Source: an uncultured Tissierellaceae bacterium | GTDB taxonomy: Bacteria; Bacillota; Clostridia; Tissierellales; Tissierellaceae | Length of the DNA stretch: 64,000 nucleotides | Assembly (NCBI GenBank): GCA_964484955.1 | Contig: CAZAGS010000001.1 | Span: forward strand, 8,037 to 72,036 | Reading direction: 5' to 3' | Shown here: positions 48,329-58,167 of the stretch, piece by piece | Layout of the letters: every line of letters begins with the position of its first letter | Numbering within the stretch: the first letter of the stretch is position 1 | Position numbers and translations under genes: made by a program | The notes under the pieces: generated by a model | What the model saw: the letters and a program-made list of their open reading frames with translations, nothing else | Told to the model about the DNA's origin: nothing | Database searches by the model: none

Positions 48329-49426
48329 CTAGTAAATAGTAAATGTTCTACTAGATAATTCTTTTATAATACCTTTTAATTCAAGAATAGTCAATATACT
48401 TATAACTGTACTTATATCTATCTCTGTTTTATAGGATATAATATCAGCATGTAGGGGACCTTCTTCTATTAATTTAACTATTTTCAATTCTGTATCACTT
48501 AAAATAGAATAATCCATTTCAATCTTTTTATTGTTTATTTTTAATAATTGTAGTTCATAAATTTCTTCCAGAATATCATCTATATCTAAAAGTGGCCTTG
48601 CTCCATCTTTAATTAATCGATTTGTTCCACCACTATAGAGACTATTTATATTTCCTGGTAGGGCAAAAACTTCTTTACCCTGTTCAATTGCACAATGTGC
48701 TGTTATAAGTGAGCCAGATTTTTCTTTGGCTTCTATGACTATAACTCCAAGTGATAATCCAGATATTATTCTATTTCTCTGTGGGAAATTATAGGGTAAT
48801 GGTAGTGTACCTAAGGGGAATTCTGTAATAAGTCCACCATTTTTAGATATATCTTCATAAAGACCTTTATTTTTTGGTGGATATACTTTGTCTAGACCAT
48901 TACCTAGTATGCCTATAGTTCTACCACCCATTGCTATGGCTGTTTTGTGGGCTACTGCATCTATTCCCAGTGCAGCCCCACTTACTATTGTAACACCCAT
49001 GTCAACTAATTCCCTTGTAAACTTTTCACAAGCCCACAAACCATAAGTGGTGGCTTTTCTAGAACCTACAATTCCAATAGATAAATGGTCTTCTTCAAGT
49101 AAATTACCTTTTAAATATATAACTTTTGGATTATCATTAATATTCTTTAAACTATTGGGATAATTTTCATCATAAATTGTAATAGGTTCTATATTTTGAG
49201 TCCTTAATATTCGATTTAAATCTTCTAGTGTTTTATTATTTCTATATTTAATAATTAATGATAGAACTTCAGATTTAATGGACTTAATAGAATAAATTAA
49301 ATCTTTATTTGCAGTCCACAGTTCACTTAAATCATCAAAATTAATCATTAACTTATCAATATTGGCTTGTGATATACCAATACTATTTAACCATATCAAG
49401 ACCTGCCTATTTGAAGGAATTGTCAT
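48329..49426 (-). CDS. dprA: DNA-processing protein DprA (Smf)
   Basis: Rossmann-like DprA core (GIVGSRKATTYG...VSGAALGIDAVAH...VIVIEAKEKSGSLITA) and a C-terminal wHTH. Confidence 0.92.
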   Translation of the reverse strand: MTIPSNRQVLIWLNSIGISQANIDKLMINFDDLSELWTANKDLIYSIKSIKSEVLSLIIKYRNNKTLEDLNRILRTQNIEPITIYDENYPNSLKNINDNPKVIYLKGNLLEEDHLSIGIVGSRKATTYGLWACEKFTRELVDMGVTIVSGAALGIDAVAHKTAIAMGGRTIGILGNGLDKVYPPKNKGLYEDISKNGGLITEFPLGTLPLPYNFPQRNRIISGLSLGVIVIEAKEKSGSLITAHCAIEQGKEVFALPGNINSLYSGGTNRLIKDGARPLLDIDDILEEIYELQLLKINNKKIEMDYSILSDTELKIVKLIEEGPLHADIISYKTEIDISTVISILTILELKGIIKELSSRTFTIY

Positions 49427-49427
49427 T

Positions 49428-50957
49428 TTAAGACCCCCAATATTTATTATCTAATGTTCTATACCTGATTGCCTCTAAAACATGCTTATCTTCTATGTCT
49501 TTTTTACCATCTAGGTCAGCAATAGTTCTAGAAACTTTCAGTAATTTATTATAAGTCCTACCACTAAACTTATATTTTAAGAATGCGGTTTTCATTATAT
49601 TTTCAGAACTATTAGATAATTTGCAATATGTTTTTATATCTTTATTCCTTATTTGAGAGTTGTTAAAATAGTCTTTATCTTTAAATCTTTCAAATTGTAT
49701 ATCTCTAGCCTTAGCAACTCTTTCTCTTATATGAAGGGATGACTCCCCTTTTTCATCATTATTTAAGTCACTATACTTTACAGGCAATACTTCAATATGT
49801 ATGTCAATTCTATCTAATAGAGGATTAGATATTTTTCCCAAATATCTGTCTATATTTCCTTGACTACAGCTACAATCATGGCCAGGATCACCGTAATATC
49901 CACACGGACATGGATTCATGCTGGCTATAAACATGAACTTTGCAGGAAATGATAGACTAGCATTTACTCTAGATATATTTACAACACCATCTTCTAAAGG
50001 TTGCCTAAGGACCTCAAGAACATTTTTCTGAAACTCTGGCAATTCATCTAAGAATAGTACTCCGTTATGAGCTAAAGACACTTCCCCAGGCTTTGGAATT
50101 CTACCTCCCCCAATTAATGATATATTAGATGCAGTATGATGAGGTGACCTAAATGGTCTTTCTTCCATTAGAGATTTATCTTTCAATAAACCTGATATGC
50201 TGTAAATCTTAGTTACCTCAATTGCTTCTTCAAAAGATAGTTTAGGTAAAATAGTAGGTAGCCTTCTTGCAGCCATTGTTTTACCCGACCCTGGAGGTCC
50301 AATAATTAATAAATTATGATTACCTGCAGCAGCCACTTCTAGTGCTCTTTTTAAGCCTTCTTGGCCTTTTATTTCTGAAAAGTCAATATTATAATCGTAT
50401 TTAATTTTTTGAATATCTTCATCGATTTTATAAGGCTCTATTTCAATCTCATTATTTAAATAATCAACTACTTGCCCTAGGTTTTTAACTGGTATAATCT
50501 CCATGTCCCGAATAATACATGATTCTTCTCTGTTATCAAATGGAATAATACACTTCTTAATTCCTAAGTCCCGCATTGATATAATCATTGGCAATACACC
50601 ATCAATACTATTTATAGTTCCATCTAGTGATAGTTCTCCAAGAAAAACAGTATTTTCAATCTCATGATCTGAGACAATCCCATCTGCCATTAATAGGCCA
50701 ATTGCAATAGCCAGATCCATCTGTGATCCTTCTTTTCTTAGGTTTGCAGGGGCTAAATTTATAGTAATACGATTTAAGGGAAAATTATAACCACTATTTT
50801 TTATAGCAGTCCTAACTCTTTCTTTTGACTCTTTAATAGCAGCATCTCCTAATCCTACTATGTTAAAGACTGGAAGTCCTCTAGAAAGATCAGATTCTAC
50901 CTCAATAATTGAAGCATTTAGTCCTTGTAACACAGAAGTATTTACCTTAGAATACAT
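49428..50957 (-). CDS. comM: YifB/ComM-family Mg-chelatase-like AAA+ ATPase
   Basis: Lon-protease-like N-domain (GLPVFNIVGL...ESKERVRTAI), Walker A GPPGSGKT, Walker B LFLDELPEF, C-terminal Mg-chelatase domain. ATG at 50957 (GGGTGA SD) matches the family N-terminus. Confidence 0.9.
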   Translation of the reverse strand: MYSKVNTSVLQGLNASIIEVESDLSRGLPVFNIVGLGDAAIKESKERVRTAIKNSGYNFPLNRITINLAPANLRKEGSQMDLAIAIGLLMADGIVSDHEIENTVFLGELSLDGTINSIDGVLPMIISMRDLGIKKCIIPFDNREESCIIRDMEIIPVKNLGQVVDYLNNEIEIEPYKIDEDIQKIKYDYNIDFSEIKGQEGLKRALEVAAAGNHNLLIIGPPGSGKTMAARRLPTILPKLSFEEAIEVTKIYSISGLLKDKSLMEERPFRSPHHTASNISLIGGGRIPKPGEVSLAHNGVLFLDELPEFQKNVLEVLRQPLEDGVVNISRVNASLSFPAKFMFIASMNPCPCGYYGDPGHDCSCSQGNIDRYLGKISNPLLDRIDIHIEVLPVKYSDLNNDEKGESSLHIRERVAKARDIQFERFKDKDYFNNSQIRNKDIKTYCKLSNSSENIMKTAFLKYKFSGRTYNKLLKVSRTIADLDGKKDIEDKHVLEAIRYRTLDNKYWGS

Positions 50958-51022
50958 ATCATCACCCTTTATATTTTCTTTTATTCCAGGTATAACAATA
51001 GAATATCCTATTATTTCTATTA

Positions 51023-51379
51023 TTATAGGCAAAAAGCGTTATCTAAATGATTTATCTCAAGAGTCTTAGTAAAATAAACTTCAATAATATCATACCTTAA
51101 TTGTATATCTATAAGGTTTTTATATTTTATGTAAACCATAGATGTGTTTATAATCTTTCTTTGCTTTCTATTATCTACAGCTTCAAAAGCATAACCGTAA
51201 GAATAACTTGTCCTAGTTTTAACCTCAATAAAAGCTAATATATCTCCATCCATTGCTATAATATCTATTTCACCAATTTTATTTTTATAATTCATTTCCA
51301 AAATTTTATAACCTTTTGAAATCAAATATTCTTTAGCAATTTTCTCACCAGATTGGCCTGTAATAATATTAGTATTCAT
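51023..51379 (-). CDS. yraN: YraN-family (UPF0102) endonuclease-like protein
   Basis: GEKIAKEYL...GYKILEMNYK...GEIDIIA...FIEVKTR, a PD-(D/E)xK-like family signature. Confidence 0.85.
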   Translation of the reverse strand: MNTNIITGQSGEKIAKEYLISKGYKILEMNYKNKIGEIDIIAMDGDILAFIEVKTRTSYSYGYAFEAVDNRKQRKIINTSMVYIKYKNLIDIQLRYDIIEVYFTKTLEINHLDNAFCL

Positions 51380-51390
51380 ATTACCTCCTG

Positions 51391-52005
51391 CTAAAAGTTC
51401 ATTTTAATATTTTTTAAAAATGTTTGTCTGTGAAGGTAGCTTGGTCCATATTCTGATATTCTATCTCTGTGTTCTTTTGTACCATAACCTTTATGTTGAG
51501 CAATATTATAGACTGGAAATTCCTTATCCCACTCTAAGCATAACCTATCTCTATATACTTTTGCAACTATAGATGCGCAAGCTATACCGTGAGATTTATC
51601 GTCCCCTTTGATTATGCTTTCTTGAGGAATTTTAATATTTATTTCTTCTGCATCTATAAGAATATAATCCGGAATAATACTTTCTCCTAAAGGATTTCTT
51701 AAATTCTCAACTGCAAATTTCATGGCTAATCTAGTACTTTGCTTTATATTAATTTGGTCTATTATAGAGGCGTCTACTCTTCCTATACCAATGGCAAGAG
51801 CATTTTCGAGAATTTTATCATATAATTTTTCTCTTTTTTTATGAGATAGTTTTTTTGAATCTTTAACACCTTCAATTACTAAGTCCTGAGGCATTATAAT
51901 AGCGCAGGCTACTACATCACCAAATAGACAACCTCTACCAACTTCGTCTATACATGCAATATGTCTAAAACCATTTTTATATATGCTATTTTCTAACTCT
52001 AACAT
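51391..52005 (-). CDS. rnhB: Ribonuclease HII
   Basis: RNase HII motifs (CIDEVGRGCLFGDVV, DSKKLS, ASIVAKV.RD). Confidence 0.95.
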   Translation of the reverse strand: MLELENSIYKNGFRHIACIDEVGRGCLFGDVVACAIIMPQDLVIEGVKDSKKLSHKKREKLYDKILENALAIGIGRVDASIIDQINIKQSTRLAMKFAVENLRNPLGESIIPDYILIDAEEINIKIPQESIIKGDDKSHGIACASIVAKVYRDRLCLEWDKEFPVYNIAQHKGYGTKEHRDRISEYGPSYLHRQTFLKNIKMNF

Positions 52006-52007
52006 TC

Positions 52008-52868
52008 TTAAGCCCTCAATTCTTCAGGAAGTTCCAGCGTAATATTTCCCATAATACCTTTTCTAAATTCATCTAATATAATGGAACTAACTTTTGTATA
52101 GTCAACTTGTCCGCCTCTTATAATACATCCCCTTTTTTTAGCTATTTCAATCATAATTTTTAATCCATCATCTTCTTTTATTTCTATTCCATATCTTTTA
52201 GACAATAGATGAGGGAAATTTAATAATAATCTCTCTACTAACCTTAAGGCTAAAGTTTCTGTATCTAATATTTCATCCTTAATTGCACCTGTAAAGGCAA
52301 GATTTAAACCAACTTGTTGATCTTCAAATTTCGGCCATAGGATACCTGGTGTATCTAGAAGCTCTAAAAGACCTTTAGTTTTTATCCACTGATTTGACTT
52401 TGTAATTCCAGGCCTATTTCCGGTTTTAGTCCCTTTTCTACCAGATAGACTATTTATTAATGTGGACTTACCTACATTTGGAATTCCAATAATCATAGCT
52501 CTGGTAGGCCTACTAATAACTCCTCTATTTTCAAAAGCCATTCTTTTTTCTTCTGTAATATCTAAAGATATCTTTATAAGGTTATCTAAACCTTTTCCAC
52601 TTAGAGAATCTACTAAAATTGATGGTATATCTTTTTCAGCAAAATGGTCTTGCCATATTTTATTTGACCTACTATCTGCCAAATCTGATTTATTTAAGAT
52701 AATCACCCTAGGTTTATCTCCAACTATAGATTCTATTACAGGATTTTGACTACTGTATGGTATTCTGGCATCAATAAGTTCAAAGACTACATCTACCATT
52801 TTTAAATTTTTTTGTATTGATTCCTTTGTTTTTTTCATATGTCCAGGGTACCAATTTATATTCATCAT
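52008..52868 (-). CDS. rbgA: Ribosome biogenesis GTPase A (YlqF/RbgA)
   Basis: Circularly permuted GTPase (WYPGHM, NKSDL, GIPNVGKST, DTPG). ATG at 52868 after a GGGGGT SD. Confidence 0.92.
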   Translation of the reverse strand: MMNINWYPGHMKKTKESIQKNLKMVDVVFELIDARIPYSSQNPVIESIVGDKPRVIILNKSDLADSRSNKIWQDHFAEKDIPSILVDSLSGKGLDNLIKISLDITEEKRMAFENRGVISRPTRAMIIGIPNVGKSTLINSLSGRKGTKTGNRPGITKSNQWIKTKGLLELLDTPGILWPKFEDQQVGLNLAFTGAIKDEILDTETLALRLVERLLLNFPHLLSKRYGIEIKEDDGLKIMIEIAKKRGCIIRGGQVDYTKVSSIILDEFRKGIMGNITLELPEELRA

Positions 52869-52881
52869 ATACACTACCCCC

Positions 52882-52909
52882 TAAAATAAAAATGGGACTA
52901 TACAGTCCC
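52882..52909 (-). terminator. Rho-independent terminator after rplS
   Basis: On the - strand: GGGACT-guau-AGTCCC followed by ATTTTTATTTT. Confidence 0.75.
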
Positions 52910-52914
52910 AATAA

Positions 52915-53259
52915 TTAAAATCTCTTCTCTTTAACTTTTGCAGCTTTACCTTGTCTATCTCTTAGATAGTAAAGTTTAGCTCTTCTTACTTTACCTTTTC
53001 TAGTAACAATAAGTTTTTCGATTCTTGGGGAATGTATAGGGAATGTTCTTTCTACACCAACACCGTAAGAAATTCTTCTTGCTGTGAATGTTTTTCTAGC
53101 CCCGCCACCTTGAATTTTGATAACTGTACCTTCATATACTTGTATTCTTTCTCTAGTTCCTTCTACTACTTTATAATGAACTTGAACAGTATCACCTACG
53201 TTAAATATAGGTAAATCACTTCTTAATTGTTCATCTTCTAGCATTTTTATTAAATCCAC
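52915..53259 (-). CDS. rplS: 50S ribosomal protein L19
   Basis: Collinear with B. subtilis L19 ([30 protein letters not shown]...[13 protein letters not shown]). GTG start with a GGGAGG SD. Confidence 0.96.
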   Translation of the reverse strand: MDLIKMLEDEQLRSDLPIFNVGDTVQVHYKVVEGTRERIQVYEGTVIKIQGGGARKTFTARRISYGVGVERTFPIHSPRIEKLIVTRKGKVRRAKLYYLRDRQGKAAKVKEKRF

Positions 53260-53331
53260 TGTTCAAAACCTCCCTTTTCTAGATGTTCTTACACTTTTGC
53301 AGAGGACCATCTTTAATTCCATACGCTAGGT

Positions 53332-53360
53332 ATTATAGCATGTGGTTATTTCTTTTTCAA
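53332..53360 (-). promoter_or_regulatory. rplS promoter (-35 TTGAAA, 17-nt spacer, -10 TATAAT)
   Basis: On the - strand: TTGAAA (53360-53355), 17 nt, TATAAT (53337-53332). About 70 nt of leader lies before the rplS start. Confidence 0.6.
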
Positions 53361-53367
53361 CTAAAAT

Positions 53368-54099
53368 TTATTCTATTAATTGTAATTTTATTTGCTCAAT
53401 ATGATCAACTTCGTCCTTACTTAAGTTTAAATCCTTTAATAAATCAGGTCTCTTGATCAATGTAGCTTTTAATGATTCATACCTTCTCCAATCAACAATC
53501 TTTTTATGGTGTCCAGATAATAAGATCTCTGGAACAGATATATTATTAAATACTCTAGGTCTAGTATATTGTGGATGTTCTAAAATACCATCATAGTGAG
53601 ATTCATCTAAATAGGAATCCTCACTTGAAAGCACTCCAGGTAATAATCTGGTAATACCGTCAATAAGTACCATTGCTGGAAGTTCTCCACCAGTTAAGAC
53701 ATAATCCCCTATTGATATTTCTTCATCAATATAGTTTTCAATTATTCTATTGTCAATTCCTTCATAATGACCGCACAATAAAATTAAATGATTTTCTTTA
53801 GAAAGATTATTTAAAATCTTTTGATTTAATTTTTTACCCTGAGGGGATAAGTAAATCACCTTTGAATCTTGTCTACGAACACTAGAAATAGCATCATATA
53901 TTGGCTCAGGAGACATAACCATTCCAGGTCCTCCACCATAAGGGTAATCATCTACTTTTTTATGCTTGTTTTTTGAGAAATCTCTAATATTTATAGTATT
54001 AATTTCAACTATATTCTTTTCTACAGCTCTACCTATTATACTCCAATTATAAATACCATAAATAAATTCTGGAAATAATGTTAGAACATCAACAATCAT
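53368..54099 (-). CDS. trmD: tRNA (guanine37-N1)-methyltransferase TrmD
   Basis: SPOUT knot motifs (YPYGGGPGMVM, LLCGHYEGIDNR, SIGDYVLTGGELPA). Confidence 0.96.
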   Translation of the reverse strand: MIVDVLTLFPEFIYGIYNWSIIGRAVEKNIVEINTINIRDFSKNKHKKVDDYPYGGGPGMVMSPEPIYDAISSVRRQDSKVIYLSPQGKKLNQKILNNLSKENHLILLCGHYEGIDNRIIENYIDEEISIGDYVLTGGELPAMVLIDGITRLLPGVLSSEDSYLDESHYDGILEHPQYTRPRVFNNISVPEILLSGHHKKIVDWRRYESLKATLIKRPDLLKDLNLSKDEVDHIEQIKLQLIE

Positions 54100-54614
54100 T
54101 CTATCATTCCTTCTATTGGATCAATTATTACTTTTTTATTGTCTATATCTACCTGTTTTACAAACTCTTTTACTACTGGTATCATATAATCCCTATTTTT
54201 TTCAGGATCTTTTATTACATATACATCATTGCTAGCAGCTTGTATAACATCTGAAATATATCCTATATTATTTCCTTTAACATCAAATACTTGGCAGTTT
54301 ATTAGGTCATATATAAAATAGTGATCTTTTGGTAAAATAATCTTATTGTCTTCATCAACATAAATATCCATATCTTTAAATTTAAGAATTTGATTTATGT
54401 CGTCATATTCTTTAAATCTTATGATTACAATACCTTTGTGGTATTTTACACTATGAATTTCTACCTTGACTTTTTCTTCACCTAAATATGCATATTTAAG
54501 ATATGAAAATCTATCTATATCATGAGTTAATGGATATACTTTTACTTCTCCCTTAATACCATGACTATTAATTATCTTACCTACTATTGTATAATCCATA
54601 TTTTCACCAGCCAT
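54096..54614 (-). CDS. rimM: Ribosome maturation factor RimM
   Basis: VGKIINSHGIKGEVKVYPLT... followed by a PRC barrel. The real start may be the ATG at 54599 (GGTGA SD). Confidence 0.9.
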   Translation of the reverse strand: MAGENMDYTIVGKIINSHGIKGEVKVYPLTHDIDRFSYLKYAYLGEEKVKVEIHSVKYHKGIVIIRFKEYDDINQILKFKDMDIYVDEDNKIILPKDHYFIYDLINCQVFDVKGNNIGYISDVIQAASNDVYVIKDPEKNRDYMIPVVKEFVKQVDIDNKKVIIDPIEGMIE

Positions 54615-54622
54615 TTTAAAGT

Positions 54623-54853
54623 TTATTGCATAATTTCTACTACTACCCTTTTGTTATCTTTAATAGCTGCAGCTTTAACAACTGTTCTTAAAGCCTTAGC
54701 AATTCTTCCTTGCTTGCCAATTATTTTTCCCATATCTTCAGGTGCTACTTTGAGTTCTATAATAATTGATTGAGAACCTTCAACTTCGTTAACACTAACT
54801 GCATCAGGATTATCTACTAGAGCTTTAGCTATAAATTCTACTAATTCACCCAT
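54623..54853 (-). CDS. ylqC: KH-domain RNA-binding protein (YlqC family)
   Basis: 76 aa with the KH motif DMGKIIGKQGRIAKALRTV. Conserved slot between rpsP and rimM. Confidence 0.85.
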   Translation of the reverse strand: MGELVEFIAKALVDNPDAVSVNEVEGSQSIIIELKVAPEDMGKIIGKQGRIAKALRTVVKAAAIKDNKRVVVEIMQ

Positions 54854-54871
54854 ATTATTAACCTCCTAGAA

Positions 54872-55171
54872 CTATTCCTCAGTGTTCTCTACTACTGAAT
54901 TTTCTTCTGTAGTAACTTCAACAGCTTTTTCATATACTCCATTGTTTCTAAATAGTCTATCTACTGTATCAGTTGGCTTAGCACCATTACTTATCCATTT
55001 CATAGCCTTTTCATCATCTATTTTAACTGTTATTGGTTCAGTTAATGGATTGTAATATCCAATTTCTTCAATGAATCTACCATCTCTTGAGTATCTTGAA
55101 TCAGCTACAACTATTCTATAAAAAGGACTTTTCTTAGCTCCCATTCTTCTTAATCTAATTTTAACTGCCAT
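54872..55171 (-). CDS. rpsP: 30S ribosomal protein S16
   Basis: [41 protein letters not shown], canonical S16. Confidence 0.95.
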   Translation of the reverse strand: MAVKIRLRRMGAKKSPFYRIVVADSRYSRDGRFIEEIGYYNPLTEPITVKIDDEKAMKWISNGAKPTDTVDRLFRNNGVYEKAVEVTTEENSVVENTEE

Positions 55172-55216
55172 TATCTTTTCACCTCCTTTAAATATTACTC
55201 TTAAATATTAATTTAT

Positions 55217-56554
55217 TTAGAAAAAGGGTAATCCAAATTTCCCTTTTTTCTTAATTGTTTTTTCCATGTCAGTAAATTTCTTCATCATTTTTTTTGTTTC
55301 TTTAAATTGTTTTAATAATTTATTTACTTCTTGGACTGTATTCCCACTACCTTTAGCAATTCTCTTTCTTCTACTACTATCTATAATGTCTGGATTATCT
55401 CTTTCTTTTTTAGTCATAGATTTTATAATTGCTTCAATTCTGCTAATATCCTTATCATTTATATCTAATCCTTTTAGGGCTTTAGCATCTACCCCAGGAA
55501 TCATACCCATTAATTGATCTATAGGACCCATACTTTTCATTTGTTCTAATTGATCTAAAAAATCATCAAATGTGAATTGCTGAGTTCGGATCTTTCGCTC
55601 TAATTCCATTGCCTTTTTCTCATCAATACTAGATTGAGCTCTTTCAATTAATGTAAGTACATCTCCCATACCTAATATTCTAGAAGCCATTCTTTCAGGA
55701 TAAAAAGCTTCTAATTCATCTAGTTTCTCACCCATTCCCACAAACTTTATAGGTTTTTGTGTTACGGCTCTAATTGAAAGGGCTGCCCCACCTCTTGCAT
55801 CCCCATCTAGTTTTGTAAGAATAACTCCTGAAATACCCAGCAATTTATTAAAGCTATCAGCTACATTAACAGCATCTTGCCCTGTCATAGCATCTAAAAC
55901 TAATAATACCTCACTAGGGTTTACAGCTTCATATATATTCTTTATTTCATCCATCAAGTCTTCGTCTATATGGAGTCTACCAGCTGTATCTATAATAATT
56001 ACATCATTACCATGTTTCTTACCATGTTCAACTGAAGCTTTAGCAATATTTACTGGATCCTCTTTGTCTCCCATTGAAAAAACAGGAACTCCTACTCTGT
56101 CACCAACTACTTCTAATTGTTTTATGGCTGCGGGTCTATAAACATCACAAGCTACCAGTAAGGGTCTTTTGTTTTGTTTTTTTAGGTTTAAAGCTAGTTT
56201 TCCTGTGGTAGTTGTTTTACCTGCACCTTGTAAACCACACATCAATATTATTGTTGGATTAGAGGAAAAGTCTAATTTAACTTCTTTTTCTCCCATAAGA
56301 TTGGTTAACTCTTGGTTTACAATTTTAATTACCTGTTGTCCTGGAGTTAAACTCTCCATTACTTCTCCACCAATAGCTCTTTCTTTAACGGTTTTGATAA
56401 AGTCCTTTACTACTTTGAAGTTAACATCAGCCTCTAATAGTGCAAGTCTAACTTCTCTCATAGCTACATCTACATCTTTTTCAGATAGTTTTCCTTTGCC
56501 CTTTAACTTACCTAGAGCATTTTGAAGTTTTTCTGATAAACTTTCAAACACCAT
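55217..56554 (-). CDS. ffh: Signal recognition particle protein Ffh
   Basis: N/G domains (GLQGAGKTTT, DTAGR, TKLDGD) and a Met-rich M domain. Confidence 0.97.
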   Translation of the reverse strand: MVFESLSEKLQNALGKLKGKGKLSEKDVDVAMREVRLALLEADVNFKVVKDFIKTVKERAIGGEVMESLTPGQQVIKIVNQELTNLMGEKEVKLDFSSNPTIILMCGLQGAGKTTTTGKLALNLKKQNKRPLLVACDVYRPAAIKQLEVVGDRVGVPVFSMGDKEDPVNIAKASVEHGKKHGNDVIIIDTAGRLHIDEDLMDEIKNIYEAVNPSEVLLVLDAMTGQDAVNVADSFNKLLGISGVILTKLDGDARGGAALSIRAVTQKPIKFVGMGEKLDELEAFYPERMASRILGMGDVLTLIERAQSSIDEKKAMELERKIRTQQFTFDDFLDQLEQMKSMGPIDQLMGMIPGVDAKALKGLDINDKDISRIEAIIKSMTKKERDNPDIIDSSRRKRIAKGSGNTVQEVNKLLKQFKETKKMMKKFTDMEKTIKKKGKFGLPFF

Positions 56555-56937
56555 CAGTTTACTACCCCCCTACTATTATCCAATAATTTATTCCCTAATT
56601 CTAATATCTTTTGGGTCTTTAATTGGATGTCTATATTATTGGAATCAATTGCACTATTATTAATTTCATTAGTAATTTTTAATATTTGTTGAATATCTCT
56701 ATGAGTCTTATGAAATCTTTTTACAAGACCAAGTACTCTTTCATATTCATAAAGTTTATTTTCAGATCTTTTTAAAGTGTCAAATACACTTTGTCTAGTA
56801 ATATTTAATTCTTCACCAATTTCAGCCAAACTCAAATCATGTATGTAATATAATTCTATAGCTGCATATTGTCTTTCGCTAAGTAATTTCCCATAAAAAT
56901 CATATAAAATCCCTATTTCCACCAACTTCTCGACCAT
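56554..56937 (-). CDS. ylxM: YlxM-family (UPF0122) putative helix-turn-helix protein
   Basis: N-terminus collinear with B. subtilis YlxM (LYDFYGKLLS..Q....LYY..DLSL.EI.EE..ISRQ.V.D). Overlaps the ffh start by 1 nt. Confidence 0.85.
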   Translation of the reverse strand: MVEKLVEIGILYDFYGKLLSERQYAAIELYYIHDLSLAEIGEELNITRQSVFDTLKRSENKLYEYERVLGLVKRFHKTHRDIQQILKITNEINNSAIDSNNIDIQLKTQKILELGNKLLDNSRGVVN

Positions 56938-56950
56938 TATATCACCAACT

Positions 56951-56989
56951 AAATAGTAGTGTCAAGTCTTTTCCTTGACACTACTATTT
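56951..56989 (-). terminator. 16-bp-stem hairpin between ftsY and ylxM (terminator/attenuator)
   Basis: AAATAGTAGTGTCAAG / CTTGACACTACTATTT perfect arms with a 7-nt loop. Only a short U-tract on the - strand. Confidence 0.55.
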
Positions 56990-57018
56990 TAGTATATTTA
57001 TTTTTATTTGTCAACCAT

Positions 57019-58146
57019 TTAATTAAAAATTGCTTCTACAAAATCATCAGTATTAAAACTCTGTAAATCCTCTATTCCTTCTCCTACTCCAATTAATTTT
57101 ATAGGTAAATGTAGTTCAGCCTGAAGAGCTATTACTACGCCTCCTTTTGCAGTGCCATCTAGTTTTGTTAGTGCTACACCTGTTATATTAGCTACTTCTT
57201 TAAATACTTTGGCCTGATTTATAGCATTTTGGCCTGTGGTTGCATCTAGAACTAAAATTACTTCCTTTGTAGCATCTCCATATTCTCTTTCAACAACTCT
57301 AAATATTTTGTTCAATTCATTCATTAAATTCGACTTATTGTGAAGCCTTCCAGCTGTGTCACAGATCAATATATCTGATTTCCTTGCTTTAGCTGCTTGT
57401 ATGCCATCATAAATAACAGCAGCAGGGTCTGCACCCTCTGTATGAGCGATAAATTCCGATCCGGACCTATCACTCCATTCTTTTAGTTGCTCTATGGCAG
57501 CAGCTCTAAAGGTGTCTCCAGCAGCAATTAATACTTTCTTTCCATTGTTTTTAAAGTTGTGAGATAGTTTACCAATTGTTGTTGTCTTTCCAACACCGTT
57601 TACACCTACTACCAAAATAACTGCCGGGGAAGGTTCAACATTCAGATTATTATCAGATACTGATTCCTTCATTAAACTTCTAATTTCATCTTTTAACAGT
57701 TCTTTAACTTCAACTGGATCCTTAGTTTTTTCTAATTTTATTCTATCTCTTAACCTATCAATTAGCAACATAGTAGTATTAACTCCAACATCTGCAGTAA
57801 TTAATACCTCTTCCAAATCTTCAAAGAGTTCTTCATCTATCTTTTTATAGGAATTTAAAACACCGTCAATTTTGCCTGAAATGTCATTCCTGGTTTTAGC
57901 TAATCCATCTTTCAGTTTTTCAAAGAAACCAACTTTCTTTTTACTTTCACTTTCAACAGGCTCTTCATTGATTATAATTTCCTGGAATAATTCTTCAATA
58001 ATTTCCTCTGTTTCTTCTTCAAGTTCTATTATTTCTTCAAGTTCCTCAATAGCCTCTTCATTTATAATATCTTGCTTAATCTCATCTTCCTCAAATGGAT
58101 TTTCTTCTTTATTTTTCTTGCCTAAATTTTTAAACCAATTTAGCAT
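57019..58146 (-). CDS. ftsY: Signal recognition particle receptor FtsY
   Basis: Acidic N-terminal region, then an NG domain (GVNGVGKTTT, DTAGR, TKLDGT). Confidence 0.95.
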   Translation of the reverse strand: MLNWFKNLGKKNKEENPFEEDEIKQDIINEEAIEELEEIIELEEETEEIIEELFQEIIINEEPVESESKKKVGFFEKLKDGLAKTRNDISGKIDGVLNSYKKIDEELFEDLEEVLITADVGVNTTMLLIDRLRDRIKLEKTKDPVEVKELLKDEIRSLMKESVSDNNLNVEPSPAVILVVGVNGVGKTTTIGKLSHNFKNNGKKVLIAAGDTFRAAAIEQLKEWSDRSGSEFIAHTEGADPAAVIYDGIQAAKARKSDILICDTAGRLHNKSNLMNELNKIFRVVEREYGDATKEVILVLDATTGQNAINQAKVFKEVANITGVALTKLDGTAKGGVVIALQAELHLPIKLIGVGEGIEDLQSFNTDDFVEAIFN

Positions 58147-58167
58147 TTTATTCCTCCTACTAATATA

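Noticed and set aside
56974-57003. TTGACA ... TATAAT (18-nt spacer) embedded in the ftsY-ylxM hairpin, considered as a ylxM promoter.
   Set aside because: The TATAAT overlaps the ylxM ATG (TATAATGG), so a transcript from it would start inside the gene. The ATG matches the B. subtilis YlxM N-terminus and has a GGTGA SD, so read-through from ftsY is the simpler model.
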